A stretch of 32,883 bases of DNA, from the IMG/VR virus record IMGVR_UViG_3300037423_002342, positions 1 through 32,883 of that record. The stretch is one strand, 5' to 3'. The notes under the pieces were generated by a model, which saw only the letters and a program-made list of their open reading frames with translations, was not told where the DNA came from and ran no database searches. Within the stretch, counting starts at the first letter, position 1. Each line of letters begins with the position of its first letter. The DNA is from a virus (lineage: Duplodnaviria; Caudoviricetes). The position numbers and the translations under genes are program-made. Positions 8,053-17,546 of this stretch are shown here, in pieces.

Positions 8053-8170
8053 GCGCCGGAGATAATGTGGGACGATCCTTGACGATGATTTTATATCGAT
8101 TAAGGGTCTGATTATCTTCAAACCCATCTGAAACCGTCTGAGATAATCGGTTCCAGAAATCCGCAAGGAA
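8053..8170 (+). promoter_or_regulatory. AT-rich regulatory region upstream of H-NS-like gene with GATTATC/GATAATC sites and a TTGACG -35-like hexamer
   Basis: GATAATG 8061, TTGACG 8079-8084, GATTATC 8110, GATAATC 8142. No good canonical -10. Confidence 0.4.
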
Positions 8171-8177
8171 CAGACCG

Positions 8178-8738
8178 ATGATCGACACCAAGACCGACGT
8201 CGAAGAAACCCTTCCCCCCACCACCCGTCTGTTCGGCGTGGCCGCCCATCCGACGCTGGAAGAGCTACGGGACCAGGCTCCGGGCGAGCCGCAGGGCGAA
8301 GCCGAGCGTAGCGAGGCGCACGCACCGGAAGGCGGGCCGGAGCCGTCCAGGCCCGAGGTCGACGAGGACGCCGCCGCCCAGGCCGCCTTGCAGGAGATCA
8401 TCCAGGCCGAGAAGACCCCGGCTCCGATCGTCTCCTCCGAACAGGCCACCATCGAGGATCTGAGGCGGCAACAGGAAGCGCTCGAACGCCAGATCAAGGA
8501 ACGCGAACTCGCCGAGAAGCGGGAGGTGATCGCCCAGATCGTCAAGGTGGTGAAGGACTACCACGTCTCGGTGGAGGACCTGGTCGAGGCGCTGGGCGGC
8601 GAGAAAATCCGCCGCAAGGGCGTGAAGGCGAAGATAAAATACCGCGACCCGGTCTCCGGGGCGCTGTGGTCCGGCCGCGGCAAGGAGCCGCTCTGGATCC
8701 GGGGCAAGGACCGCACCAAGTTCCTGATCAAACCCTGA
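8178..8738 (+). CDS. hns: H-NS family nucleoid-associated protein with acidic N-terminal extension
   Basis: Coiled coil (IEDLRRQQEALERQIKERELAEKREVIAQIVKVVKDYHVSVEDL) plus C-terminal KYRDPVSGALWSGRGKEPLWIRGKDRTKFLI, matching the H-NS DNA-binding signature KYRDP..G.TW(S/T)GRGRxPxW. AAGGA RBS. Confidence 0.88.
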   Translation: MIDTKTDVEETLPPTTRLFGVAAHPTLEELRDQAPGEPQGEAERSEAHAPEGGPEPSRPEVDEDAAAQAALQEIIQAEKTPAPIVSSEQATIEDLRRQQEALERQIKERELAEKREVIAQIVKVVKDYHVSVEDLVEALGGEKIRRKGVKAKIKYRDPVSGALWSGRGKEPLWIRGKDRTKFLIKP

Positions 8739-8894
8739 TTGGTCGAGAGCGGGATCCCTGGCGGCCCCTCACTGCGGTGTCGGGTCTGAGCCTTCCGTAA
8801 GGTGGCTCCCGGCCGCTCTCACTGATCGTCGGGCCGGACACGACGTTAAACGGGCTCCGGCACAGGGACCTCGGGAAGCGATTCCCGAGGTCTC
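8738..8894 (+). ncRNA. Candidate structured non-coding element B (multi-way junction + H-type pseudoknot + GNRA hairpin)
   Basis: GAGAGCGG 8745-8752/CCGCTCTC 8813-8820; CGTCG 8827-8831/CGACG 8841-8845 with loop GCCGGA pairing to TCCGGC 8856-8861; 13-bp hairpin 8865-8894 with GCGA loop. Confidence 0.5.
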
Positions 8895-8928
8895 TTCACA
8901 TCAAAAACAACAAACCCTCGAACGGAAA

Positions 8929-10254
8929 ATGCAGACCCTCCCGACGACCAAGAAGACCTACAATCTGAACTCGGGACAGAAGGCCGCCGCCGAAGCGTTC
9001 TTCCAGTTCCTGCTGGATCCGAACCAGACGGAGTTCCACATCTCCGGCTCGGCGGGCGTCGGCAAGACCTACCTGATGAACTACATCATCGACGAGACCA
9101 TGCCGCGCTATCACGAGATGTGCGCGTTGGTCGGGATGAAGCCGGATTACGATGACGTGGTGATGACCGCCACCACCAACCAGGCGGCGCACGTCCTGGG
9201 CCAGGCCTGCGGCCGCGAGACCCAGACCATCCACAGCTTCCTCAATCTCACGGTCAAGGAAAACTACAAGACCGGCGAGGCGGACCTGACCAGGACCCGC
9301 AATTGGCGGGTGCATGAGAACAAGATCGTGTTCATCGACGAAGCCTCGATGATCGACGGCAAGCTGGACAAGGCGAACCAGGAAGGCACCCACAACTGCA
9401 AGATCGTCTACGTCGGCGACCATTCGCAGCTGAACCCGGTGCAGGAGTCGATCTCGCCGATCTACACCCGCGGCGCGCCGTTCTTCGAGCTCACCGAGCC
9501 GATGCGCAACAAGGGCCAGCCCGCGCTGATGCAGGTCTGCCAGCAGCTGCGCGAAACAGTCAACGGCGGCCGCTTCAAGCCGATCCAGCTGGTCGACGAC
9601 GTCATCGTGCAGCTGAACGACGACGGCATGGCGGCGATGATCGCCGAATGCTTCACTCAGCAGACCCACGACGCCCGCATCCTGGCCTACACCAACAAGC
9701 GGGTCATCGAGTTCAACGACTACATCCGCCAGCTGCGTCAGCTGCCGCGGTCGTACCAGAAGGGCGAGTTCCTGGTCAGCGCTTCGGCCGGGGCGTTCGG
9801 CAAGAACGGCCAGACCCTGTCGGTGCAGGCCGAGGTGGAGATCTTCAAGAACCACGGCCCGGACAAGATCGAGATCGAACCGGACGTGTGGCTCGACGTC
9901 GAGCATCTCGACTTCGTCAACGACTTCGGCGACCTGTTCACCCGGGTGCCGCTGCCCACCGATAGGGCGCACTACGATGCGCTGCTGAAGCACTACGCCA
10001 AGGCCAAGAACTGGGAGCGGTTCTGGTTCCTGAAGAACCAGTTCGTCGACCTGCGGCCCAAGGACGCCGCCACCGTCCACAAGGCTCAGGGCTCGACCTA
10101 CGACACCGTGTTCGTCGACCTCGGCAATATCTCCACCTGCAACATCCCGAACCAAGTGGCGCGGATGCTCTACGTCGCCTTTTCCCGGGCGCGCACCCGC
10201 GTGTTTCTGTACGGCGACCTGGCCGACAAATACGGAGGTCTGATCCTCCCTTAA
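8929..10254 (+). CDS. SF1B (Dda/RecD-like) DNA helicase (N4 gp37-like)
   Basis: LNSGQ, Walker A GSAGVGKT, TATTNQAA, TIHSFL, FIDEASM, VGDHSQL, LTEPMR, TVHKAQGSTYD, LYVAFSRAR. Confidence 0.93.
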   Translation: MQTLPTTKKTYNLNSGQKAAAEAFFQFLLDPNQTEFHISGSAGVGKTYLMNYIIDETMPRYHEMCALVGMKPDYDDVVMTATTNQAAHVLGQACGRETQTIHSFLNLTVKENYKTGEADLTRTRNWRVHENKIVFIDEASMIDGKLDKANQEGTHNCKIVYVGDHSQLNPVQESISPIYTRGAPFFELTEPMRNKGQPALMQVCQQLRETVNGGRFKPIQLVDDVIVQLNDDGMAAMIAECFTQQTHDARILAYTNKRVIEFNDYIRQLRQLPRSYQKGEFLVSASAGAFGKNGQTLSVQAEVEIFKNHGPDKIEIEPDVWLDVEHLDFVNDFGDLFTRVPLPTDRAHYDALLKHYAKAKNWERFWFLKNQFVDLRPKDAATVHKAQGSTYDTVFVDLGNISTCNIPNQVARMLYVAFSRARTRVFLYGDLADKYGGLILP

Positions 10255-10272
10255 CCCCGGAGGGACTTCCCC

Positions 10273-10776
10273 ATGTGGGACCACGACCGCACCCTGAAAA
10301 TCGTCGACCGATTGACGACGTCGATTTTCTCGCATGAGATCGCCCGGTTGACCCGGCGCGAAATCGAGCTGGTCCGCGAGAACGCCCGGATGGGCGGAGC
10401 CGCCGACGGCTTCTTCTACCGGGGGATCCTGTATTCCGATCTGGATCCCGCGGTGAGGGCCCAGGGCGAGAAGGGAAATCTGAACGCCAACCTGCACCTG
10501 GCGATGGACGACCACCTGCGCGACAAGGGCGTGGTCGAGTTCGACCGCCACCGGGTGCGCCAGGCGTTGACCCTGATCCTGCAGGACACCCGCAGCGATC
10601 AGGACGTCAGAGACGCCCTGCCCAACGCCTTGAAGGACGCGCTGCCGGAGCTGCAGGGGCTCTCCCGGACCCGGCCGGAGGCCTACACGGTGCAGGGCAA
10701 TCCGCGGGCCGAACGTCAGTACCAGAAGCTGCGTGAGAAACTCGAATTCTACAACGCGGCCAAGTTGATCTATTAG
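10273..10776 (+). CDS. Conserved N4-like hypothetical protein (gp38-like by position)
   Basis: GGAGGG RBS. Lies between helicase and polymerase; contains QDVRDALP. Confidence 0.7.
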   Translation: MWDHDRTLKIVDRLTTSIFSHEIARLTRREIELVRENARMGGAADGFFYRGILYSDLDPAVRAQGEKGNLNANLHLAMDDHLRDKGVVEFDRHRVRQALTLILQDTRSDQDVRDALPNALKDALPELQGLSRTRPEAYTVQGNPRAERQYQKLREKLEFYNAAKLIY

Positions 10777-10786
10777 GGGACGGATT

Positions 10787-13450
10787 ATGAATTATCTCAC
10801 CTTCGGAAACGAGGAAAAGACCAGCTACAAAATCTGCATTCTGGTCAACCACATCCGTCGGGACGAGATCCTGCGCGCCTACGTCGAGCCCTACGGGCTG
10901 GACCCGGAGGAGATCCTGGTGCTCGACCTGCACCAGGCCCGCGGCCAGAAAAAGACCCCGGCCGCCGAGATGAAGGCCTACATCGCCGAAGAGCTGGCTC
11001 CGGTGTTGGCCGACTACCGGGTCGAGCACCTGCTGGTCGGCGACGGCGACTACTTCAAGACCCTGGCCAAGAAGGCCAAGGTCGACAGCCAGATCGGCTA
11101 CGTGCTGGCCAGCGAGTTCGGGCCCTGGACGGTCACCTACGTGCCCAACTTCCGCACCGTGTTCTACGATCCGGAGAAGGTGACCGCGAAGATCGCCTGC
11201 GGCGTCCACGCCCTGAAGAGCTGGATCCAGGGCACCTACAAGGATCCCGGCGTCGAGATCATCAAGTTCGCCGCCTACCCGGACACCGTCGAGGACATCG
11301 CCTACTGGCTGCAGCGGCTGCGCAGCTACGCGGCGCTGAGCTGCGACATCGAAGCCTTCAGCCTGAAGCACTACGACGCCGGGATCGGCACCATCACCTT
11401 CTGCTGGAGCCAGCACGAGGGGATCGCCTTCCCGGTCGACCTGTTGGAGGACGAGGCCGACCGGCTCGAAGTCCGCTCGCTGCTGAAGGCGTTCTTCGAG
11501 ACCTACCAGGGCCGCCTGCTGTTCCACCACATCAGCTACGACGTCACCGTGCTGATTTTCCAGTTATTCATGGCGCATATTCTCGATAACGAGGGACTAC
11601 TCCGCGGCCTGGAGGTGATGCTGCGCTGCTGGGAGGACACCAAGCTGATCACCTACCTGGCCACCAACTCCTGCGCCGGGAACAAGCTCGGCCTGAAGGA
11701 CCAGGCCCAGGAGTTCGCCGGAGACTACAGCCAGGGCGACGCGATCAAGGACATCCGCAAGATCCCGCTGCCGCAGCTGCTGCAGTACAATCTGATCGAC
11801 GGGCTCTCCACCTGGTTCGTCTACCACAAGCACTGGGACCGGATGGTCCAGGACCAGCAGCACCTGGTTTACGAGAATCTGTTCAAACTGGCGATCGTCG
11901 ACATCATCCAGATGCAGCTCACCGGGATGCCGGTGGACATGGCCCAGGTGGCCGAGGTCGAGGAGATCCTGCAGGCCGGTCAGGACCAGGCGGTCGCCGA
12001 CATGCGCGCGACCAACATCCTGCAGAGCTTCACCTACCGGCTGCGTGAGGAGCACGTCGAGAAGCGCAACGGCGAGCTGAAGAAGAAGCGTATCTCGCTC
12101 GCCGACGCCGAGACCCTGGCGGTGGAGTTCAACCCCAATTCCGGGCCGCAGCTGATCAAGCTGCTCTACGAGCACGTCGGCTTGCCGGTGATCTCGACCA
12201 CCGAAAGCAAGCAGCCGTCGACCGACGGCGACACGCTGGAGGCGCTCAGGAACCACACCAGCGATCCGGACGTGCTGGGCTTCCTCGACGGGTTGATCGC
12301 CTACAAGGCGGTGAACAAGATCCTGACCAGCTTCATCCCGGCGCTGAAGGGCGCGGTGCGGGGCCCGGACGGCTGGTATTACCTGTTCGGCAACTTCAAC
12401 CTCGGCGGCACCGTCTCGGGCCGCCTGAGCTCGTCGGATCCGAACCTGCAGAACCTTCCGGCCAACGTGGTGATGAAACTCACCGCGGTGTTCCTGACCC
12501 GCTTCGGCGAGCGCGTCGCGCCCTACGTCGAGAAGGACGAGCTGCTGCTCGGCAAGCTGGTGAAGTCCTGCTTCAAGGCTCCGCCGGGCTGGCACTTCGT
12601 CGGCATCGACTTCAACTCGCTGGAAGACCGGATCTCGGCGCTGACCACCAAGGACCCCAACAAGCTGCGGGTCTACACCGACGGCTACGACGGTCACTCG
12701 CTGCGGGCGCACGCCTACTTCGGCGACCAGATGCCGGACATCGACCCGGACAGCGTCGAGTCGATCAATTCGATCCAGAAGAAGTACAAGCCGCTGCGCC
12801 AGGACTCCAAGGCTCCGACTTTCGCCCTGACCTATCAGGGCACCTACGTCACCCTGATGGCCAACTGCGGCTTCTCGGAAGCGAAGGCCAAGGCGATCGA
12901 GGCCCGCTACCACGAGTTCTACGCGGTGTCGGACCAGTGGGTGGCGGACCGGCTCGACCGGGCCTGCAAGGACGGCTATGTCACCGCCGCCTTCGGGCTG
13001 CGGGTGCGGACGCCGCTGCTGCACCAGGTCATCCGGGGCACCCGCAAAACCCCGTTCGAGGCCGAAGCCGAAGGCCGCACCGCGGGCAACGCCCTGGGGC
13101 AGTCCTGGTGCCTGCTCAACACCCGAGCCGGTTCCGACTTCCTGAACCAGGTGCGGGGCTCGGAGCGCTTCCGCTTGAGCGTCAAGCCCTGCGCCCAGAT
13201 CCACGACGCCCAGTACTTCCTGGTCCGCGACGATCTGGAGGTCATGGCCTGGGTCAACGAGCGGGTGGTCAAGGCCTGCGAATGGCAGGACCACCCGGAG
13301 ATCTGGCACGATGAGGTGAAACTCGGCGGCGAGCTGTCGATCTTCTGGCCGAACTGGAGCCAGGAAGTCGGGATCCACAACGGAGCCAGCGAACAGGAGA
13401 TCCTCGACGTGTTCACGAAACACGTTCTCGATCTACAGGCCGCGGGTTAG
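10787..13450 (+). CDS. Family A DNA polymerase with 3'-5' exonuclease (N4 gp39-like)
   Basis: Exo I CDIEAF, TVSGRLSSSDPNLQNLP, motif A IDFNSLEDRI, motif B RQDSKAPTFALTYQG, motif C QIHDAQ. Confidence 0.96.
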   Translation: MNYLTFGNEEKTSYKICILVNHIRRDEILRAYVEPYGLDPEEILVLDLHQARGQKKTPAAEMKAYIAEELAPVLADYRVEHLLVGDGDYFKTLAKKAKVDSQIGYVLASEFGPWTVTYVPNFRTVFYDPEKVTAKIACGVHALKSWIQGTYKDPGVEIIKFAAYPDTVEDIAYWLQRLRSYAALSCDIEAFSLKHYDAGIGTITFCWSQHEGIAFPVDLLEDEADRLEVRSLLKAFFETYQGRLLFHHISYDVTVLIFQLFMAHILDNEGLLRGLEVMLRCWEDTKLITYLATNSCAGNKLGLKDQAQEFAGDYSQGDAIKDIRKIPLPQLLQYNLIDGLSTWFVYHKHWDRMVQDQQHLVYENLFKLAIVDIIQMQLTGMPVDMAQVAEVEEILQAGQDQAVADMRATNILQSFTYRLREEHVEKRNGELKKKRISLADAETLAVEFNPNSGPQLIKLLYEHVGLPVISTTESKQPSTDGDTLEALRNHTSDPDVLGFLDGLIAYKAVNKILTSFIPALKGAVRGPDGWYYLFGNFNLGGTVSGRLSSSDPNLQNLPANVVMKLTAVFLTRFGERVAPYVEKDELLLGKLVKSCFKAPPGWHFVGIDFNSLEDRISALTTKDPNKLRVYTDGYDGHSLRAHAYFGDQMPDIDPDSVESINSIQKKYKPLRQDSKAPTFALTYQGTYVTLMANCGFSEAKAKAIEARYHEFYAVSDQWVADRLDRACKDGYVTAAFGLRVRTPLLHQVIRGTRKTPFEAEAEGRTAGNALGQSWCLLNTRAGSDFLNQVRGSERFRLSVKPCAQIHDAQYFLVRDDLEVMAWVNERVVKACEWQDHPEIWHDEVKLGGELSIFWPNWSQEVGIHNGASEQEILDVFTKHVLDLQAAG

Positions 13451-13526
13451 GGTAACGCCGTGTCTCAGGAGCCGGATTATCTAGTTTCTGGTTCCAGATT
13501 ATAAACTTAATCAAAAAGGAAAACCC

Positions 13527-13943
13527 ATGAGCAAAGCCCCCACGACCTCCGGCGTCGGCAAGCGCCAGCACTACTGGCTGATGGCCGGGACCATCATGTT
13601 CGCCGACAAGGACAAGAACCACTTCGAGAAGACCCTAAACACCCTGCTGGTCGGCGACCACGACAACATCACCCGCCACGACCTGGGCAAGATCCAGCAG
13701 GGCCTGCAGATGCGGCTGATCAACGAGACCTTCCATGGCCAGATGCCCGCCGAGGTGCAGATCCTCGACGTGGTGATCCTCGGCGGCACCTACCTCGGCC
13801 GCATGACCGAGGCGGAGTTCCACAAGGGCTTCGAGGCCGACGGCAGCCGTACCCAGGCGACGCCGGAGCCGAAGGTCCCGCAGACCTCGATCCACACGCC
13901 GAAGCCGTCGAAGACCGAGCGGAAGCGGGCGTCGGTCCAATGA
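13527..13943 (+). CDS. Hypothetical protein (138 aa), N4-like conserved position after polymerase
   Basis: AAGGA RBS; TYLGRMTEAEFH; ATGA overlap with the next gene. Confidence 0.75.
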   Translation: MSKAPTTSGVGKRQHYWLMAGTIMFADKDKNHFEKTLNTLLVGDHDNITRHDLGKIQQGLQMRLINETFHGQMPAEVQILDVVILGGTYLGRMTEAEFHKGFEADGSRTQATPEPKVPQTSIHTPKPSKTERKRASVQ

Positions 13944-14263
13944 CCACCCTGGTTCGTGAGCTTCTGGGCAAGGCCGCCGACACCGTCGACCAGCGCGGCA
14001 AGGAGCGCGACACCCAGAACGGGGCGCAGCAGGAGCGCTCGATGGCCGCCACCGTGAAAGCCTTCAACGCCGTCTACGGCACCAGCCTGACCGAAAGCCA
14101 GGGCTGGGGCTTCATGGTGCTGCTGAAGCAGGTGCGGGCCTCCCGCACCGGCTACCACGAGGACGATTTTCTCGACGGCGCGGCCTACACCGCGCTGCAG
14201 GCCGAAGCCAAGAAAGCCGAGGCCGAGCAGGGGGAACTGGTCACCTGGACCTACGTCCCCTGA
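13940..14263 (+). CDS. DUF6378-like protein (107 aa)
   Basis: Pattern AADTVDQRG...ERSM...GW.FMVLLKQVR...HEDDFLDGAAYTAL, recognised from memory. Confidence 0.7.
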   Translation: MTTLVRELLGKAADTVDQRGKERDTQNGAQQERSMAATVKAFNAVYGTSLTESQGWGFMVLLKQVRASRTGYHEDDFLDGAAYTALQAEAKKAEAEQGELVTWTYVP

Positions 14264-14304
14264 TCCGGGCGGCGGCCCACTTCAACATATCTTGGCAGAC
14301 CGGA

Positions 14305-14336
14305 GCCGGGGCGGTAGATTGCCGTCCCGGTTTTTT
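14305..14336 (+). terminator. Rho-independent terminator
   Basis: Stem GCCGGGGCGGTA-GAT-TGCCGTCCCGGT (with G-U pairs) running into a T6 tract at 14331-14336. Confidence 0.75.
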
Positions 14337-14389
14337 CTCGGCTTCATAATCGGAAGATAATCCGACAAAAAACCTCAAACGGGGGCGTC

Positions 14390-15373
14390 ATGAAAATCAC
14401 CAATAACAGCGGCATCAGCCTGCCGCTGGCCGTCTGGCTGGCCCACGACGAGTACGACTACGTCGAGGGCGTGGAGAACTACATCTCCGCCACCACCCTG
14501 ATGAAGCCGCTGCGGCAGATCGTGCTGGCCCAGCGCATCCCCTACGCCGACCGCAGAATCGACGTGGCCGACCTGATCGCCAGCTCGCTGGGCAGCGCGA
14601 TCCACGTCGGGGTCGAGCGGGCCTGGACCCTCGGCTATCAACGCTCGCTGAAGCTGATGGGCTATCCGCAGGCGGTGATCGAGCGGGTGGCGATCAACCC
14701 CACCGACAAGGAACGGTTGCTCAACAGCGCGATGATCCCGGTCTACCTGGAGCAGCGCGAGATGCGCCAGATCGACGGCTTCACCGTCGGCGGCAAGTTC
14801 GACATGGTCACCGAGGGCATCGTCAACGACACCAAGTCGACCTCGGTGTGGACGGTGATCAAGGGCTCCCGCGACGACGACCACCGGCTGCAGATGAGCA
14901 TCTACCGCTGGCTCGACGCCGGACGGGAGCACCGTCGGATCACCGAGGACTACGGCCGCATCAACTACGTCTTCACCGATTGGTCGAAGATGATGCTGCG
15001 CACGCCGAACTATCCGCAGTCCCGGGTGGCGACCAAGGAGATCCCGCTGCTGTCGCTGGCCGACACCGAGGCCTGGATCCGGGCCAAGCTGGCCCTGGTG
15101 CGCAAGCACTGGACCACGCCCGAACAGCAGCTGCCGGAATGCACCGACGAGGAGCTCTGGCGCGACGATCCCAAGTACAAGTACTACGCCGACCCGACCA
15201 AGACCGACGGCCGCTCGACCCGGAACTTCGACAGCCTGGTCGAGGCGAACGAGTTCATGTTCAGCAAGGGCGGCAAGGGCGTGGTCAAGACCGTGCTCGG
15301 CGAGCCGAAGGCGTGCAGCTACTGCGCGGTGTTCGACGTCTGCACCCAGAAGGACAAATACTATGCTTCCTGA
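14390..15373 (+). CDS. PD-(D/E)XK family exonuclease (N4 gp42-like)
   Basis: ISATTLMKP, GSAIH, GGKFD...VNDTKS, QMSIY; C-terminal Cys cluster (PEC...ACSYC...VC). Confidence 0.85.
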   Translation: MKITNNSGISLPLAVWLAHDEYDYVEGVENYISATTLMKPLRQIVLAQRIPYADRRIDVADLIASSLGSAIHVGVERAWTLGYQRSLKLMGYPQAVIERVAINPTDKERLLNSAMIPVYLEQREMRQIDGFTVGGKFDMVTEGIVNDTKSTSVWTVIKGSRDDDHRLQMSIYRWLDAGREHRRITEDYGRINYVFTDWSKMMLRTPNYPQSRVATKEIPLLSLADTEAWIRAKLALVRKHWTTPEQQLPECTDEELWRDDPKYKYYADPTKTDGRSTRNFDSLVEANEFMFSKGGKGVVKTVLGEPKACSYCAVFDVCTQKDKYYAS

Positions 15374-17546
15374 CCTCGACCAGGTGCAGCACCACCCGGC
15401 GCTGGAAGAGATCGTCGACGTGCTCTGCACCAAGACGCAGAACATGGACCGCGGCTTCTTCCGCGCCGAGGTCGCCTATTTCCTCGGCAAGATGGCCTCC
15501 TCGATGCGGGCGGTGGTCGTCACCCGCGACCGCGGCGAGGTGCCGGTGAACATCTACAGCCTGGCCCTGGCCACCTCCGGCTACGGCAAGGGCCACTCGA
15601 TCAACATCGTCGAGGACGAGTTCCTCGCCGGGTTCAAGCGCCGCTTCACCGAGGACACCTTCCAGGTGCTTTCCGAGGCCAAGCTGTGGGAGATCGCCAA
15701 CGAGCGGGCCGCCCGCCACAGCTCGAACCAGGACGAGGAGCACGAGAAGCTGAAGGGCGAGTTCAAGCGCCTGGGCTCGTTCCCGTTCACCTTCGACTCC
15801 GGCACCACCCCGGCGGTGAAACAGCTGCGGCAGAAGCTGCTGATGGCCAACTGCGGCAGCATCAACATGCAGATCGACGAGATCGGCTCCAACCTGATCA
15901 AGGAGACCGAGGTGCTCACCGTGTTCCTGGAGCTTTACGACCAGGGCAAGGTGAAGCTGAAGCTGACCAAGAACACCAACGACAACCAGCGCGGCGACGA
16001 GCTCGACGGCAAGACCCCGACCAACATGCTGCTGTTCGGCACCCCGTCGAAGCTGCTCGACGGCAGCCAGACCGAGGAGCAGTTCTACTCCTTCCTGGAG
16101 ACCGGCTACGCCCGGCGCTGCCTGTTCGGCTACGGCCAGCACCAGCGGGCCTCCAAGCAGCTCTCCCCGGAAGAGGTGTTCGCCCGGCTGACCCGGCCGG
16201 ACAACGCCGCGGCGGTGAGTCGCTGGGCCAACCACTTCCACAGCCTGGCCGACCCGGCCATGTTCGGCTGGAAGATGACGCTGGAAGACGACGTGGCGAT
16301 CGAGCTGCTGCGTTACAAGATCGCCTGCGAGCACGCGGCCGAGGAGCTGGCCGAGCACGAGGACATCCGCAAGGCGGAGATCTCGCACCGCTACTTCAAG
16401 GCGCTGAAGCTGGCCGGGGCCTACGCCTTCGTGGACAAGTCCACCGAGGTGGAGCTCGACCACCTGCGGGCGGCGATCAAGCTGGTCGAGGAGTCCGGCA
16501 CGGCGTTCCAGACCATCCTCAACCGCGAGAAGTCCTACGTGAAGCTGGCCAAGTACATCGCCGCGGTCGGCACGGAGGTGACCCACGCCGACCTGCACGA
16601 GGCCCTGCCGTTCTACAAGTCGGGCCAGGCGCAGCGCAACGAGATGATGACCCTGGCCGCGGCCTGGGGCTACAAGAAGCACATCATCATCAAGAAGACC
16701 TTCGTCGACGGCATCGAGTTCTTCCAGGGCGAGACCCTGAAGGAGTCGAACCTGAACGAGATCTCGGTGTCCTACTCCAACCACTGGGCCTACAACTACC
16801 TGGAGGAGAAGGTCCCCTTCGACCAGCTGCACGTCCTGACCCAGGCTCCCGGAATGCACTGGACCAACCACCGCTTCAAAGGCGGCGCGCTGGGCCAGGG
16901 CCACCGGGCCGAGGAGAACGTGGTGGCGGGCTTCAACCTGGTGGTGCTCGACGTCGACGGCGGCGTCTCGCTGGCCACGGTCCACGAGCTGCTGAAGGAC
17001 TACAAGTTCCTCACCTACACCACCAAGCGGCACACCGAACAGGAGAACCGCTTCCGGCTGATCCTGCCGATCAACTACCACCTGGAGCTGGACGCCGCCG
17101 AGTACAAGGAGTTCATGAACTCGGTGATGGCCTGGCTGCCGTTCAAGACCGACGACGGGGCCAACCAGCGGGCCCGCAAGTGGGAATCCTGCGACAAGGG
17201 CACCCACCACTACAACGACGGCGAGCTGCTCGACGCCCTGGACTTCATCCCCAAGACGTCGCGCAACGAGAGCTACCGTCAGGCGACCCAGCAGCTGGGC
17301 TCGCTGGACAATCTGGAGCGCTGGTTCGCCCAGCGCATGGCCGCGGGCAACCGCAACAACCAGATGATCCGCTACGCCCTGACCCTGGTCGACTCCGGCA
17401 TGGTGCTGATCGACGTGCGCCGTCAGGTCCACGCCTTCAACGCCAAGCTCAGCGAGCCGCTGTCGGAGCAGGAGCTGGATTCGACGGTGCTGGTCACCGC
17501 GGCGAAGCGCTGTAACCAGCGGCAGAACCAAGGAGGGAAGCCCTGA
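15363..17546 (+). CDS. N4-like DNA primase (gp43-like): N-terminal ATPase-like region, C-terminal AEP/PriCT-like region
   Basis: TSGYGKG, IDEIGSNL, VLDVD, YTTKRH, RFRLILP, GNRNNQMIRYA; synteny between nuclease and Sak4-like ATPase. Confidence 0.88.
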   Translation: MLPDLDQVQHHPALEEIVDVLCTKTQNMDRGFFRAEVAYFLGKMASSMRAVVVTRDRGEVPVNIYSLALATSGYGKGHSINIVEDEFLAGFKRRFTEDTFQVLSEAKLWEIANERAARHSSNQDEEHEKLKGEFKRLGSFPFTFDSGTTPAVKQLRQKLLMANCGSINMQIDEIGSNLIKETEVLTVFLELYDQGKVKLKLTKNTNDNQRGDELDGKTPTNMLLFGTPSKLLDGSQTEEQFYSFLETGYARRCLFGYGQHQRASKQLSPEEVFARLTRPDNAAAVSRWANHFHSLADPAMFGWKMTLEDDVAIELLRYKIACEHAAEELAEHEDIRKAEISHRYFKALKLAGAYAFVDKSTEVELDHLRAAIKLVEESGTAFQTILNREKSYVKLAKYIAAVGTEVTHADLHEALPFYKSGQAQRNEMMTLAAAWGYKKHIIIKKTFVDGIEFFQGETLKESNLNEISVSYSNHWAYNYLEEKVPFDQLHVLTQAPGMHWTNHRFKGGALGQGHRAEENVVAGFNLVVLDVDGGVSLATVHELLKDYKFLTYTTKRHTEQENRFRLILPINYHLELDAAEYKEFMNSVMAWLPFKTDDGANQRARKWESCDKGTHHYNDGELLDALDFIPKTSRNESYRQATQQLGSLDNLERWFAQRMAAGNRNNQMIRYALTLVDSGMVLIDVRRQVHAFNAKLSEPLSEQELDSTVLVTAAKRCNQRQNQGGKP

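Noticed and set aside
8827-8894. Pistol ribozyme
   Set aside because: P1, UUAAA and the pseudoknot are similar, but there is no room for P2, and the conserved GCG and GU cleavage site are absent.
14390-15373. Cas4 / CRISPR system
   Set aside because: A PD-(D/E)XK nuclease with a Cys cluster is a standard N4 replication-module gene. No repeat-spacer array or other cas gene is present in the window.
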